Positions 1 through 10,618 of a stretch of 64,000 nt of DNA are shown here, one piece after another. This DNA is from Candidatus Nomurabacteria bacterium (GTDB lineage Bacteria; Patescibacteriota; Minisyncoccia; Phycocordibacterales; SBAW01): the NCBI GenBank assembly GCA_943356415.1, contig CALREW010000001.1, forward strand, positions 149,252 to 213,251. The letters run 5' to 3'. The notes beneath the pieces are model-generated. The model was not told the origin of the DNA and did not search any database. It saw only the letters and a program-made list of their open reading frames with translations. Position 1 is the first letter of the stretch; the number at the start of each line of letters is the position of its first letter. Made by a program: the position numbers and the translations under genes.

Positions 1-1352
1 CAACGACACTCACCCTCATCAACGGCAAACTAAACAAGTTTGTCGAAACAAAAACTGGAGATGAATTACGCATCGGACGTGGGGCGGTCGGTGTTTTGCC
101 GCGTCGCAAGGTGGTGCTTCTTGCGCGAAAGGCAATCAGTCTCGCAAAACAGAATCGTATCAGTGAAATATCTATTGATTGGAAAGAGTGGCGCGCCGCT
201 TCGGCAAAGATGATTGATGATCGTGAGTTAGGCGAAGTTATTGCCACCGCCTTTTCGATGGCTGACTTTGACTTTACTGAGTTTAAAAGCAAACCGAAGG
301 ATGGATTTGCGCAAGTAAAAAGCGTTTCAGTCGTGGGGGCAACGATCACGGCACGCAAAGGTGTCGAACGCGGACTGGCTATCGCCGAATCGGTGAATGC
401 GTGCCGCGCTCTTTCAAATACCCCAGGCAGCGACATGACCCCAGAACTTCTCGCACGGGCAGCACAAAAGGCAGTAGGAGGTACGTCGGCTACCTGCACG
501 GTTCTCAATGTTGCACAGATGGAAAAGCTTGGTATGGGGGCGGTTCTTGGTGTCGGAGCGGGTTCAACATCCGAACCAAAATTTATCGTTCTTGAGTACT
601 GGGGGGCAGGGAAATCTTCTAAAAAGAAGCCGCTGGTTCTTTGCGGTAAAGGTGTCACCTTCGATTCCGGCGGTCTCAACATCAAAACCGGCGACCACAT
701 GTACGAAATGCACCTCGACATGTCCGGAGGTGCCGCCGTCATCCACGCAGTAGCCCTTGCTGCCAAACTAAACCTCAAACGTAATGTTGTAGGCCTCGTG
801 CCCGCAGTAGAAAACATGCCAGGCAATAACGCGTTTCGTCCTGGCGACATTTTGAAGTCGATGTCGGGAAAAACGATTGAGGTTCTAAACACCGACGCGG
901 AAGGTCGTGTCATCCTGGCCGATGCGCTCACCTACGCAAAACGCTACGACCCAGAGGTGGTCCTTGAAGCGTCAACGCTTACCGGCGCTTCTCTTATCGC
1001 ACTCGGGCAGCAGTGTTCAGCGGTACTTGCAACCGACGACAAACTCGCCCGCGATCTAGTAGCGCTCGGTGAGCGTTCCGGAGACTATCTCTGGCAGCTG
1101 CCGTTGTGGGAAGAATACGACTATATGGTTGAAGGTATCTTTGGCGATGTTCCAAATATTCCCGCACAAGGAAATTCTCGATACGCAGGCGTTATCGGCG
1201 GCGGTAAATTCCTGGAAAAATTTGTTGACGGGTTCCGCTTTGCTCACCTCGATATCGCTCCACGCATGACTGCTGCGCCAGGCGAACACCTAGCTAAAGG
1301 TGCCGTCGGCGCTCCTGTGCGACTATTCCTCAGTGCAATTGAGAATCTATAG
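1..1352 (+). CDS. pepA: Leucyl aminopeptidase (M17), 5' end outside window
   Basis: GKGVTFDSGG, DMSGG and NTDAEGR motifs; frame is open to the window start. Confidence 0.93.
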   Translation, partial: TTLTLINGKLNKFVETKTGDELRIGRGAVGVLPRRKVVLLARKAISLAKQNRISEISIDWKEWRAASAKMIDDRELGEVIATAFSMADFDFTEFKSKPKDGFAQVKSVSVVGATITARKGVERGLAIAESVNACRALSNTPGSDMTPELLARAAQKAVGGTSATCTVLNVAQMEKLGMGAVLGVGAGSTSEPKFIVLEYWGAGKSSKKKPLVLCGKGVTFDSGGLNIKTGDHMYEMHLDMSGGAAVIHAVALAAKLNLKRNVVGLVPAVENMPGNNAFRPGDILKSMSGKTIEVLNTDAEGRVILADALTYAKRYDPEVVLEASTLTGASLIALGQQCSAVLATDDKLARDLVALGERSGDYLWQLPLWEEYDYMVEGIFGDVPNIPAQGNSRYAGVIGGGKFLEKFVDGFRFAHLDIAPRMTAAPGEHLAKGAVGAPVRLFLSAIENL

Positions 1353-1354
1353 CG

Positions 1355-2080
1355 ATGGCGTACGTTGTACGGACAGACGTTTTTGAAGGACCACTTCACT
1401 TGCTGCTTGATCTTATCGAGCGGCGTAAGCTCCTTATCAACGATATATCGCTCTCTCAAGTTGCGGACGACTTTTTAGGACACATCAAAGAACTCCCTGA
1501 ACTTCCGTTAACCGAGACTGCAGAATTCGTTGCACTCGCGGCAACACTACTTCTGATAAAATCGCGCTCACTGCTACCACTGCTTACCCTTACCGAAGAG
1601 GAAAAGGCAGATGTTGCTTCGCTTGAACGACGTTTAGCACAGTTAAAACTTTTTCGAGCAGCAGCAGCTAGTCTTGGGAAGGTATGGAAAGAAACTCCGA
1701 CCGCAGCTCACGTCGGACAAAACCCCGCGCCAGTCTTTGCACCTGACCGCATGACCACACTTGCATACATACAAGAGGCGATTGAGCGCGTGGTGTTTTC
1801 TTTTCCAAAGCCTGTCACCTTGCCGACAGCGATAGTCAAAACAGTAATAAGTCTTGAGGAAATGATCATGCGTCTTACTGAACGCATCAGTGCGCAACTG
1901 AAGATGAGTTTCAAAGAATTTTCCGGCCACGGAAAAGCGGCAAAAGACGATATTATCGTGAGTTTCTTGGCGCTTCTTGAACTGGTCAAGCAGGGTATAA
2001 TCAAGGCCGAACAAGAAGGCGCGTTTGGAGATATTGCGCTTGAAACCGACGCCGTTTCAACTCCCACCTATGGTGGCTGA
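1355..2080 (+). CDS. scpA: Segregation/condensation protein A
   Basis: FEGPLHLLLDLI, LLLIKSRSLLP, FLALLEL motifs; next to scpB. Confidence 0.93.
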   Translation: MAYVVRTDVFEGPLHLLLDLIERRKLLINDISLSQVADDFLGHIKELPELPLTETAEFVALAATLLLIKSRSLLPLLTLTEEEKADVASLERRLAQLKLFRAAAASLGKVWKETPTAAHVGQNPAPVFAPDRMTTLAYIQEAIERVVFSFPKPVTLPTAIVKTVISLEEMIMRLTERISAQLKMSFKEFSGHGKAAKDDIIVSFLALLELVKQGIIKAEQEGAFGDIALETDAVSTPTYGG

Positions 2081-2085
2081 CACTC

Positions 2086-2649
2086 ATGACACCCACACAA
2101 AATCTTATAACCTACCTGTTTGTTAAAGGCGAACCAACGACCCGGAAAGAACTGTTGCAGTACTTCAAATGGGATGAATCGACGCTTGCGAGTGCACTCA
2201 CTGAAGCGGGAGGCATGTTAAGCGAGTTGTCACTTTCTCTTGTTGATGATGGAAAAGAAATAGAGCTCCGAACCGCCTCCGCAGCGCAACCGCTTGTCGA
2301 TGCTATCCGGAAAGATGAACTTGGTCGTGATATTGGCAAAGCAGGACTTGAGACACTCGCCATTGTTCTTTATAAAGGTGGAGTGAGCCGAGCGGAGATT
2401 GATTACATACGTGGTGTTAACTCCTCACACATCCTTCGAGCGCTCAGTATGCGCGGTCTCGTGCGACGCATCCCAAAGCCAGGCGACGAGCGGAGTTTCC
2501 TATACGAGCCGACCACGGAACTTTTGGGTCACTTAGGCGTATCAAAAATAGATCAGTTGCCAGAGTTTGCTGCGGTACGTGCTAATCTGGCAGAACTTGA
2601 GGCAAGTGCAACGGTCGAAGTCGAAGCAGGAACGAACCATGACGCGTGA
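2086..2649 (+). CDS. scpB: Segregation/condensation protein B
   Basis: LETLAIVLYK..SRAEIDYIRGVNS motif. Confidence 0.93.
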   Translation: MTPTQNLITYLFVKGEPTTRKELLQYFKWDESTLASALTEAGGMLSELSLSLVDDGKEIELRTASAAQPLVDAIRKDELGRDIGKAGLETLAIVLYKGGVSRAEIDYIRGVNSSHILRALSMRGLVRRIPKPGDERSFLYEPTTELLGHLGVSKIDQLPEFAAVRANLAELEASATVEVEAGTNHDA

Positions 2650-3523
2650 CGCAATCCTTTTAAGCATAGCTACTGTAGCTGCGGTCGCAGGGCTTCTTCT
2701 CCTTGGCTATCAAACGTACGCACCGCGACCAACGGTGCCGGAAGCGCTGCGCCCTGCACCGACGCCCGCACATTTTAGCGCCGTAACATTGCCGAAAGAC
2801 GCACTCACCGCACAGGCGGCAATACTTTACAATCCCGCAACCAAAGAAGTCTTGTATGCAAAAAACGTCGAACAGCAGCTACCGCTTGCATCTCTCACAA
2901 AACTTGCGACAGCGCTTGCCGCGCTTTCACAAGGCGAAGATCGTTTAGTAACGATCCAATCACAAGATCTCAAAGAAGAAGGGGACTCGGGGCTCAAAGC
3001 AGGAGAGACGTGGCGTCTCGGCGACCTTATCGCCTTCGCACTCACCACCTCAAGCAACGACGGCATAGCGGCAGCGGCAGCGGGCGCTCTCACTCGTACT
3101 GCAGCGATTGAAAAAATGAACGAGGACGCAAAGGCGCAAGGTCTTTCACAGAGTTATTTCCTTAATCCGACCGGGCTCGACATTTCATCCTCGACCGCAG
3201 GTGCATACGGTTCAGCGCGCGACGTCGCGCAACTCGTCGAGACTATGCTACGAACGTATCCGGTCATTTTTGAAGCCACTGCTTATGAGCCCAGCGCACG
3301 CGCACCGAAAGAAGTGAGCACCCTTGCTCCTATACACAATCTCCCGGGTTTTGTTGCCGGAAAAACAGGCGACACAGACCTTGCAGGCGGAAATCTTGCT
3401 GCAGTTGTCGATGGTGGTCTAAACGAGCCACTTATTGCGGTAGTGCTCGGTTCAACACGCGATGGGCGCTTTGACGATGTGCGTACGTTAGTCGCTGCTG
3501 CACAGTCACAACGAGCACAATGA
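2639..3523 (+). CDS. D-alanyl-D-alanine carboxypeptidase (S11)
   Basis: ASLTK, SSND and GKTG motifs; N-terminal TM; ATG at 2639 preferred over the ORF-track start. Confidence 0.88.
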   Translation: MTRDAILLSIATVAAVAGLLLLGYQTYAPRPTVPEALRPAPTPAHFSAVTLPKDALTAQAAILYNPATKEVLYAKNVEQQLPLASLTKLATALAALSQGEDRLVTIQSQDLKEEGDSGLKAGETWRLGDLIAFALTTSSNDGIAAAAAGALTRTAAIEKMNEDAKAQGLSQSYFLNPTGLDISSSTAGAYGSARDVAQLVETMLRTYPVIFEATAYEPSARAPKEVSTLAPIHNLPGFVAGKTGDTDLAGGNLAAVVDGGLNEPLIAVVLGSTRDGRFDDVRTLVAAAQSQRAQ

Positions 3524-4578
3524 GCATCGCCATACTCATCGTCATATTTGGGCCCGCTGTCGCTGCGTTTGCGCTTGGCATCGCCATGACTCCAGCACTG
3601 ACGCATTTTTTGTATTCGCGAAAAATGTGGAAGAAAAAAGGCGGCAAGATAGCGCTCGACGGGAGCACTGCCGAAGTCTTCAACACCCTCCATACTGAAA
3701 AAGAAGTTGGTACTCCACGTTTTGGAGGCATTATCGTATGGGCCAGCGTCTTGGCTTCTGCTGCTTTTTTCTTTGCACTCGCTGCCGCAACGGGTTACAC
3801 GGCACTCTGGGATCTCTCCTTTATTTCACGTGGCGAAACCTGGCTACCACTTGCAACACTCGCGTTAGGAGCGGCGGTTGGACTTATCGATGACCTATAC
3901 GAGGTGCGCGGGGTAGGGGGGTTGCGACTACGCATGCGCCTTATCATCGTGGGGGTCACCGCACTTTTTTGTGCTTGGTGGTTCTACTCCAAGCTTGGAG
4001 TCACGGGCGTTTCCATACCGTTTGATGGCGTCTTAGAGCTTGGTGTGCTTTTTATCCCTCTCTTTATGCTGGTGGCACTTTCTGTCTACGCCGGAGGAGT
4101 TATTGATGGAATCGACGGGCTTGCAGGAGGCGTATTTGCTGCCATGTTTGCCGCGTACGGCGGCATTGCCATTACCAACGGACAGATAGACCTCGCCGCT
4201 TTCTGCGCAACCGTTGTTGGTGGGCTACTCGCGTTTTTATGGTTCAATATCCCACCTGCCAGGTTTTATCTTTCTGAAACAGGGACGATGGGTCTTACTT
4301 TGACGCTTACCGTTGTTGCATTTCTCTCCGATACCCTGAGCGATGGAGTAGGGGTCCTCGTGCTCCCTATTATTGCGCTGCCCCTTGTAGCAACCGTCGG
4401 ATCCGTTTTGCTACAAATCGTTTGGAAAAAGGTGTTTGGAAAAAAACTTCTGCGCATCTCTCCACTACATCACCATTTCGAAGCTATCGGCTGGCCAGCC
4501 TATAAGGTGACGATGCGCTATTGGATTGTCTCTGTTATGTGCGCGATCATGGGGGTGAGCATCTCTTTGTTGGGATAA
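3520..4578 (+). CDS. mraY: Phospho-N-acetylmuramoyl-pentapeptide transferase
   Basis: GTPRFGG, IDD, DGIDGL, PLHHHFE; multiple TMs. Confidence 0.92.
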   Translation: MSIAILIVIFGPAVAAFALGIAMTPALTHFLYSRKMWKKKGGKIALDGSTAEVFNTLHTEKEVGTPRFGGIIVWASVLASAAFFFALAAATGYTALWDLSFISRGETWLPLATLALGAAVGLIDDLYEVRGVGGLRLRMRLIIVGVTALFCAWWFYSKLGVTGVSIPFDGVLELGVLFIPLFMLVALSVYAGGVIDGIDGLAGGVFAAMFAAYGGIAITNGQIDLAAFCATVVGGLLAFLWFNIPPARFYLSETGTMGLTLTLTVVAFLSDTLSDGVGVLVLPIIALPLVATVGSVLLQIVWKKVFGKKLLRISPLHHHFEAIGWPAYKVTMRYWIVSVMCAIMGVSISLLG

Positions 4579-4599
4579 CCCGCGGTACAATGTCCGGTA

Positions 4600-5700
4600 A
4601 TGAAGTCTGGACATCTTGATTACCCGTTCCTTTTTGTAACGTTACTGCTGTCTGCAACTGGCTTTCTTATTTTCTCGTCTGCAGCACTGGGTCTCCTTGC
4701 TCGCGAAGGCGCTTCGTTTGCAACGGTAGCTGGTACGCAAGTCCTCTTTGGTATTGTCTGCGGACTTATCGCCCTGTATGTCACCTCTCGTATAGACACC
4801 CGGTTATTGCGTCGCTTTTCTATCTATGTCTTTGGTATTTCGTGGATTGCGGCGTGGCTTCCATTTGTACCAGTTATTGGGCTCACGCTTAAAGGGGCGC
4901 ACCGTTGGATCGAGATAGGCGGCCTTTCATTCCAGCCTGCGGAACTCCTTAAAGTAGGGACTATCATTCTGCTCTCCTCGTACTTTGCTGCGTTTGCAAA
5001 CAAAGCCCACACCATCCGACACGGACTTATCCCATTTCTCGGCATTATTGCGATTGCCGCACTTCCGCTTGCCTTGCAACCCGACCACGACGGCATTCTT
5101 ATCCTCGGCATTGCCGGAGCTGCGGTGTACTTTGCGGCAGGGGGTCGCTTCCTTCATCTGCTTGGACTTGGCGTACTAGCGGCTGTAGTAGCAGCGCTGT
5201 TTATTTTCTCCAGACCTTACGTGATGGATCGCATAAAAACGTTTATCGACCCTTCACGCGACCCGCTTGGTGCCGGCTATCAAGTGACCCAATCGATTAT
5301 CGCCGTGGGTTCTGGTCAAGCGGTCGGTCGCGGCTTTGGACAAAGTATTCAAAAGTTCTCGCACCTACCCGAACCAATAGGGGACTCGGTATTTGCGGTT
5401 GCTGCTGAAGAGTTTGGTTTTGCCGGTTCAGTATTTTTAATAACGCTCTTCGTTGCATTTGCTGCGGCAGGTTTACGCATCGCTGCACTTTCAGCAGATA
5501 GATTTGGTGGCCTATTGGCGGTCGGACTTGTTGTGCACATAGTTAGCCAATCATTTATCAATATTGCATCTATGTTGGCGCTCTTTCCGTTATCGGGAAC
5601 CCCGCTTATTTTTGTAAGCCATGGCGGCACAGCCCTTCTTATTGCGCTCGCCGAGACTGGTATCATCCTTTCTGTATCGAGGCGTTTACGTAGTTCCTAA
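4600..5700 (+). CDS. ftsW: Peptidoglycan glycosyltransferase FtsW (SEDS)
   Basis: HRWI..FQPAELLK, LQPD, GYQ, PLIFVSHGG; lies between mraY and murG. Confidence 0.9.
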   Translation: MKSGHLDYPFLFVTLLLSATGFLIFSSAALGLLAREGASFATVAGTQVLFGIVCGLIALYVTSRIDTRLLRRFSIYVFGISWIAAWLPFVPVIGLTLKGAHRWIEIGGLSFQPAELLKVGTIILLSSYFAAFANKAHTIRHGLIPFLGIIAIAALPLALQPDHDGILILGIAGAAVYFAAGGRFLHLLGLGVLAAVVAALFIFSRPYVMDRIKTFIDPSRDPLGAGYQVTQSIIAVGSGQAVGRGFGQSIQKFSHLPEPIGDSVFAVAAEEFGFAGSVFLITLFVAFAAAGLRIAALSADRFGGLLAVGLVVHIVSQSFINIASMLALFPLSGTPLIFVSHGGTALLIALAETGIILSVSRRLRSS

Positions 5701-5706
5701 ATTGCG

Positions 5707-5730
5707 AACGCCCCCAAGTGAGGGGGCGTT
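5707..5730. terminator. GC hairpin between convergent ftsW and inserted gene
   Basis: AACGCCCCC-AAGTGA-GGGGGCGTT. Confidence 0.65.
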
Positions 5731-5769
5731 GCCCGAAGACGGAGGCCGTCTGCGGTAGTTGTTGTTGGT

Positions 5770-6618
5770 TCACCAGCGCCAGTTGATGGTGATGGCCCTG
5801 GTCTCGTGGACCTTGGCCAGCATGTAGCCAGCGAAACCGGCGACCAGGCTACCGGTCAGGAAGATGACCGTCGCCGTGGTATTGAAGCCAGGCGTGAAGC
5901 CCGTCACCTTGCCGATGGCGAGGCCGGTCAGCATGCCGAGCGCGGCTCCAGTCACCGCCGCGATGTGGGCATCCGAGACGGTGAACCAGTAGAAAGCCGT
6001 CGCAAACCGCGCAGCGAAGCGCACGATGGCCACGACAGCCGACAGCAGGTACGTCGAGTAGTGGACGACGCCCATCGGCATCCAGATCAGCAGCGCGGGG
6101 ATGCTGAAGTAGAGGAACGCCGAACCAGGAGCGACCCCGATGACATCAAACACGAAGCCGGTGCTGTAGCTCATCTTCTTCTCGAGGCGTTGGGCGCCAT
6201 ACATGGCACCGAGCGCGATGATGCCCGGCAGTCCAGCGAAGACGAAGGCACTCGTGGCCACTTCGCTGAATCCCGCTCCCACCGCGAGCGCTGCATCCAC
6301 TGGCGGAAGAGCCATGGCGGCCCAAAAGAAGAAGCCGTAGATAGCGGTGCCGCTAGCAACGAGATAGACCACAGCCACGATGACAGTGGTCCTCCTCCAG
6401 ACCGCACGGAGGTGCGCCGGATCGGTCGTCGTCGCCCACGCGTGCCGAAGACCGGCAAGGAAGGCTGCGGGGTCGCTCATGAACCACGAAACAGCGAGGC
6501 CGAGGAGCGAGCAGCAGACCAGCGACAAGCCGGTCGTGCCGAGGTACGCGTAGAAGGCGAGAAAGGTCGCCGCTCCGCCAATCGCAGAGAGAGCAACCTG
6601 ACGCTGCAGATGTGTCAC
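5770..6618 (-). CDS. Multi-pass membrane hypothetical protein (solo high-GC unit)
   Basis: 282 aa hydrophobic ORF; GGAG SD; TAGACG-17-TACAGT upstream; C/G-ending codons. Confidence 0.8.
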   Translation of the reverse strand: MTHLQRQVALSAIGGAATFLAFYAYLGTTGLSLVCCSLLGLAVSWFMSDPAAFLAGLRHAWATTTDPAHLRAVWRRTTVIVAVVYLVASGTAIYGFFFWAAMALPPVDAALAVGAGFSEVATSAFVFAGLPGIIALGAMYGAQRLEKKMSYSTGFVFDVIGVAPGSAFLYFSIPALLIWMPMGVVHYSTYLLSAVVAIVRFAARFATAFYWFTVSDAHIAAVTGAALGMLTGLAIGKVTGFTPGFNTTATVIFLTGSLVAGFAGYMLAKVHETRAITINWRW

Positions 6619-6772
6619 GCTTTGTGCACTCCGTCTTTACGGACATCCGGAAGTGGAGCCGTTCCGAAATGCACTGTACTACTGAAAATAGACTTCGTCT
6701 ATAGTACGCCGCTTACTGGGAAATACTCTTTAATTTCATGCTAATCTGTAGGAACTACTAATAGTCAGAGGG

Positions 6773-7900
6773 ATGAAAATACTGCTTACAGGAGGAGGTT
6801 CAGGAGGCCATTTTTACCCCATAATCGCGGTGGCAGAAGCTATCCGTGACTTGGCAAAAGAGCGCAAGCTGCTCGATCCTTTTCTCTATTACGCGGCGCC
6901 AGAGCCGTATAATGCGCAGTCTCTTGTTGAGAACGATATTACATTCGTCCAGACTTCAGCCGGAAAGATGCGACGCTATTTTTCATTGCTTAACTTTTTT
7001 GATTTCTTCAAAACGGCATGGGGGGTTACGGTGTCAGTCTTTCGCATTTTTTTCCTGTACCCAGACGTTATTTTTGGCAAAGGAGGGTACGCGTCGTTCC
7101 CGACACTCCTTGCGGCGCGACTTTTTCGCATTCCAGTTGTCATTCACGAGTCCGACACCGTGCCTGGACGCGTAAACAAATGGGCGGGTAAATTTGCCAC
7201 ACGTATCGCCGTCTCGTACCCACGCGCCGCAGCATTTTTCCCAAAGGACAAAGTGGCAGTGACCGGTAACCCCATACGCAAAGCGATACTCACACCCGCA
7301 ACCGAAGGAGCGCACGAGTTTCTCAAACTTGAGCGGGAAGTGCCTGTCATTCTCGTTGTTGGTGGTTCACAAGGCTCTGCAGTTTTAAACGACGCCATAC
7401 TGCGTGCATTGCCTGACCTTCTTGCAGATTTTCAAATCATCCATCAGACCGGCGCGGCAAACCTCGCAGAAGTTGAACAGCTGGCGTCAGTTATTCTTGC
7501 AGACTCGCCCTACAAAGGACGCTACCGCCCGTTTGCATATCTCGACGATCTTGCGACACGTATGTCTGCCGGGGCCGCGTCGCTTGTTATTTCTCGTGCC
7601 GGTTCTGCCATCTTTGAAATTGCCGCGTGGGGCAAGCCAGCCATTCTCATTCCTATTCCAGATAGCATTGTGAAAGATCAAACAACAAACGCCTTTACGT
7701 ACGCACGCGGAGGTGGAGCCGTGGTGATAGAACAAAACAATCTCTCCGCGACACTTCTTGCATCAGAAATTCGCCGCATCCTCAACAATCAAGATCTCTA
7801 TGACCGCATGCGTCTTGCTGCGACTGCTTCATCGACGGCAGATGCGGCGCGCATTATTGCAGACGAATTGTTACGCATCGCACTCTCGCACGAAAAGTAA
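6773..7900 (+). CDS. murG: UDP-GlcNAc:lipid I transferase
   Basis: GGGSGGH, GKGGYAS, HESD, TGNPIR, GGSQG. Confidence 0.95.
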   Translation: MKILLTGGGSGGHFYPIIAVAEAIRDLAKERKLLDPFLYYAAPEPYNAQSLVENDITFVQTSAGKMRRYFSLLNFFDFFKTAWGVTVSVFRIFFLYPDVIFGKGGYASFPTLLAARLFRIPVVIHESDTVPGRVNKWAGKFATRIAVSYPRAAAFFPKDKVAVTGNPIRKAILTPATEGAHEFLKLEREVPVILVVGGSQGSAVLNDAILRALPDLLADFQIIHQTGAANLAEVEQLASVILADSPYKGRYRPFAYLDDLATRMSAGAASLVISRAGSAIFEIAAWGKPAILIPIPDSIVKDQTTNAFTYARGGGAVVIEQNNLSATLLASEIRRILNNQDLYDRMRLAATASSTADAARIIADELLRIALSHEK

Positions 7901-9231
7901 TGTTTGATTTTCTTAAAACAAAACCGCGTGTACGCATGGCACCGTCTCCAACGGGTAACCTGCATATCGGGACTGCACGCACCACACTTATTAACTACCT
8001 ATTTGCAAAAAGTACCGGCGGAACGTTTGTTGTGCGCGTTGAAGATACCGACAAAGAACGCAGCAAGCTAGAATTTGAAAAAAATATCCTCGATGGTTTT
8101 ACGTGGCTCGGTCTTACCTGGGACGAGTTTTATCGCCAATCAGAGCGCACCGACATATATAAAAAGGCACTCGCTCGTCTTATCAAAGAAGACAAGGCAT
8201 ACGTATCTAAAGAACCCGGCAAGAAAGACCCAAACGAAACTGTTGAAGTTGTGCGCTTACGGAACCCTGGAGGCACCGTAACCTTTGATGATGTTGTTCG
8301 TGGCCCGATCACTACTGACGTATCTGACTTAGGAGATTTTGTTATTGCTCGTGCCATTGATGACCCGCTGTATCACTTTGCGGTGGTAGTAGATGACGGC
8401 GAGACAGGCATTACGCACGTGATTCGCGGCGACGACCATATCAGCAACACGCCGCGCCAAATCCTTATTCTTGAGGCGCTCGGTTACACACGCCCTATTT
8501 ACGCGCACTTGCCGCTCGTGTTAGCACCCGACCGCTCGAAACTTTCTAAACGACATGGGGCAACCGCGCTCGACGATTACCGTGCGATGGGCTTTATACC
8601 CGAAGGCCTTACCAACTACCTTGCCTTCCTTGGCTGGAATCCCGGCACCGAGCAAGAAATCTTTACCCTCGAAGAATTGAGTCGTGCCTTCAAACTCGAG
8701 CAGCTCCAGAAGAGCGGCGCAATTTTTGATATGACTCGTCTTTCCTTTGTAAATCGTGAACACCTAAAGAGGCTCCCTGAGAACGAGTTTGCAAAACGCT
8801 TAGCGGATTTTGGTGTAACGGCAGACTCACGCCTGCTCCCACTTCTTCATGAACGTGTATCAACGCTTAAGGAAGCCGCTGACCTCCTTCTTAGCGACGA
8901 GTTCGCATTCCTCGGGACGGCCCCAGTCCAGGATGCCACCCTGCTCGTGCCTCGAGTCAAAGACAGGGAAGTAAGCCGGGGTGAGACCGCAGAGCATCTG
9001 GGCACTGTTTTAAGCCTTTTGGAGGCTATTTCCCCATCACAGTTCACTGCTGAAGCAGTTAAAGAGGTGGTGTGGCCCTACGCAGAAAAAGAAGGGAAGG
9101 GGGTTGTGCTGTGGCCCATGCGTGTAGGGTTAACCGGTAAGGAGCGCTCGCCAGATCCTTTCACAGTCGCAGCTCTGCTTGGAAAAGAAGAAACTGTTGC
9201 GCGTCTTACTGCCGCACGCACCGCGCTCTAA
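7900..9231 (+). CDS. gltX: Glutamate--tRNA ligase (compact form)
   Basis: APSPTGNLHIG, RGDDH, KLSKRHG. Confidence 0.93.
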   Translation: MFDFLKTKPRVRMAPSPTGNLHIGTARTTLINYLFAKSTGGTFVVRVEDTDKERSKLEFEKNILDGFTWLGLTWDEFYRQSERTDIYKKALARLIKEDKAYVSKEPGKKDPNETVEVVRLRNPGGTVTFDDVVRGPITTDVSDLGDFVIARAIDDPLYHFAVVVDDGETGITHVIRGDDHISNTPRQILILEALGYTRPIYAHLPLVLAPDRSKLSKRHGATALDDYRAMGFIPEGLTNYLAFLGWNPGTEQEIFTLEELSRAFKLEQLQKSGAIFDMTRLSFVNREHLKRLPENEFAKRLADFGVTADSRLLPLLHERVSTLKEAADLLLSDEFAFLGTAPVQDATLLVPRVKDREVSRGETAEHLGTVLSLLEAISPSQFTAEAVKEVVWPYAEKEGKGVVLWPMRVGLTGKERSPDPFTVAALLGKEETVARLTAARTAL

Positions 9232-9258
9232 AGCTCGTAGCGTATAATCAAACAATAA

Positions 9259-10563
9259 ATGCGTTTCCGTACTGTCTTGGTATTTATTTTTGTGCTTAGC
9301 TTGTGCGCCTCGGCGCAACGGGTAGCCCTTTTTATACCCACATCTATCGTCTACGCCGCAACTGAAGAAGAACTTAAGGCGCAAATAGACGAACACTCGA
9401 AACGTATCAATGACCTTGAAGCCGAAATATCAAAAATAGAAGTCGATCTTGCGACAACGACAAAACAGAAACAAACCCTGCAATCGACCATAAAAACGAT
9501 TGACCTCTCGCGTCAAAAAGTGAGCAGCAACATCAACCTCACTCAAAATAAAATACAAAAAACTGATCTTCAGATAACCGGACTCGCCGAAAATATTACC
9601 GAGACGGATAAAAAAATACACCGTCAACGCGAGGCAGTCCTTCTCGCACTCGCGTCCGTTTCTGATCTTGAAGATAGCGGCCTCGCCGTCTCACTTTTCT
9701 CTGGTGAAGATTTCTCGTCGTTTTTTGCTTCTGCCGCATCATTGTCGAGTTTGCGCGAAGCGCTACGTGCTCAAGTAGAAAAACTTTCGGGACTCAAGAC
9801 CAATCTTCAGGTCAGCAAAAGTTCTGCTGAAACTAAGCGCGCTGAACTTGCCGCACTCAAACGCGACCTCGCAGACCAAAAATCGCTTCTCGATCAAAAT
9901 CGAAAAGAGAAAGATTCGCTTTTAACTACAACAAAAAACAAAGAAGCGAACTATCAAAAACTCCTTGAAGAAAAGCGTGCGCTTAAAGCGCAGTTTGAAT
10001 CAGACCTTCGTGACTTTGAAAACCAGCTTAACCTCACGGTTGATGCGGCGAGTATCCCGAAATATGGCTCCGGCGTTTTGAAATGGCCAGTTGATAAGGT
10101 GGTTATCACTCAAAACTTTGGCAACACGGCATTCTCGACACAAAACCCACAGATTTATAGCGGCAAAGGGCACAACGGCATCGACCTTGGTATTCCTTCC
10201 GGTAGCAAAATTAAAGCTGCACGCGGAGGCACCGTAAAAGGTACCGGCGACACTGACCTTACCTGTCCGAATGCCTCCTACGGCAAATGGGTTCTTGTTC
10301 AACACGACAACGGACTTTCAACCCTCTACGCCCACCTCTCCTATATCCGCGTGACCACGGGCACGAGTGTTGCGACAGGGGATTTGCTCGGCTACAGCGG
10401 CAACACTGGCTACTCAACTGGTCCACATCTTCACTTCACTGTCTATGCAACACAAGGTGTCGAAATACGTTCCTTCTCTAGTCAGTCGTGTAAAGGAAAG
10501 AAGTACACCATGCCCGTTGCTGATACCAAAGCGTATCTAAATCCGCTTTCATACCTACCGTAA
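9259..10563 (+). CDS. Coiled-coil + M23 peptidase (EnvC-like)
   Basis: Signal peptide, long coiled coil, HNGID, YAHL, TGPHLHF. Confidence 0.9.
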   Translation: MRFRTVLVFIFVLSLCASAQRVALFIPTSIVYAATEEELKAQIDEHSKRINDLEAEISKIEVDLATTTKQKQTLQSTIKTIDLSRQKVSSNINLTQNKIQKTDLQITGLAENITETDKKIHRQREAVLLALASVSDLEDSGLAVSLFSGEDFSSFFASAASLSSLREALRAQVEKLSGLKTNLQVSKSSAETKRAELAALKRDLADQKSLLDQNRKEKDSLLTTTKNKEANYQKLLEEKRALKAQFESDLRDFENQLNLTVDAASIPKYGSGVLKWPVDKVVITQNFGNTAFSTQNPQIYSGKGHNGIDLGIPSGSKIKAARGGTVKGTGDTDLTCPNASYGKWVLVQHDNGLSTLYAHLSYIRVTTGTSVATGDLLGYSGNTGYSTGPHLHFTVYATQGVEIRSFSSQSCKGKKYTMPVADTKAYLNPLSYLP

Positions 10564-10567
10564 TGCA

Positions 10568-10599
10568 AAAGGCGCTGCGGGATTTCTCCCGAGCGCCTT
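10568..10599. terminator. Hairpin terminator
   Basis: AAGGCGCT-GCGGGATTTCTCCCG-AGCGCCTT between convergent genes. Confidence 0.6.
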
Positions 10600-10618
10600 C
10601 GCCCGTTTCTTGATGCGC

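Noticed and set aside
5806-6744. 312-aa plus-strand ORF, and similar antisense ORFs at 10739, 11272, 35376, 60085 and 60222
   Set aside because: Shadow frames of genes with C/G-ending codons; low-complexity Arg/His/Gly composition; no SD or promoter.
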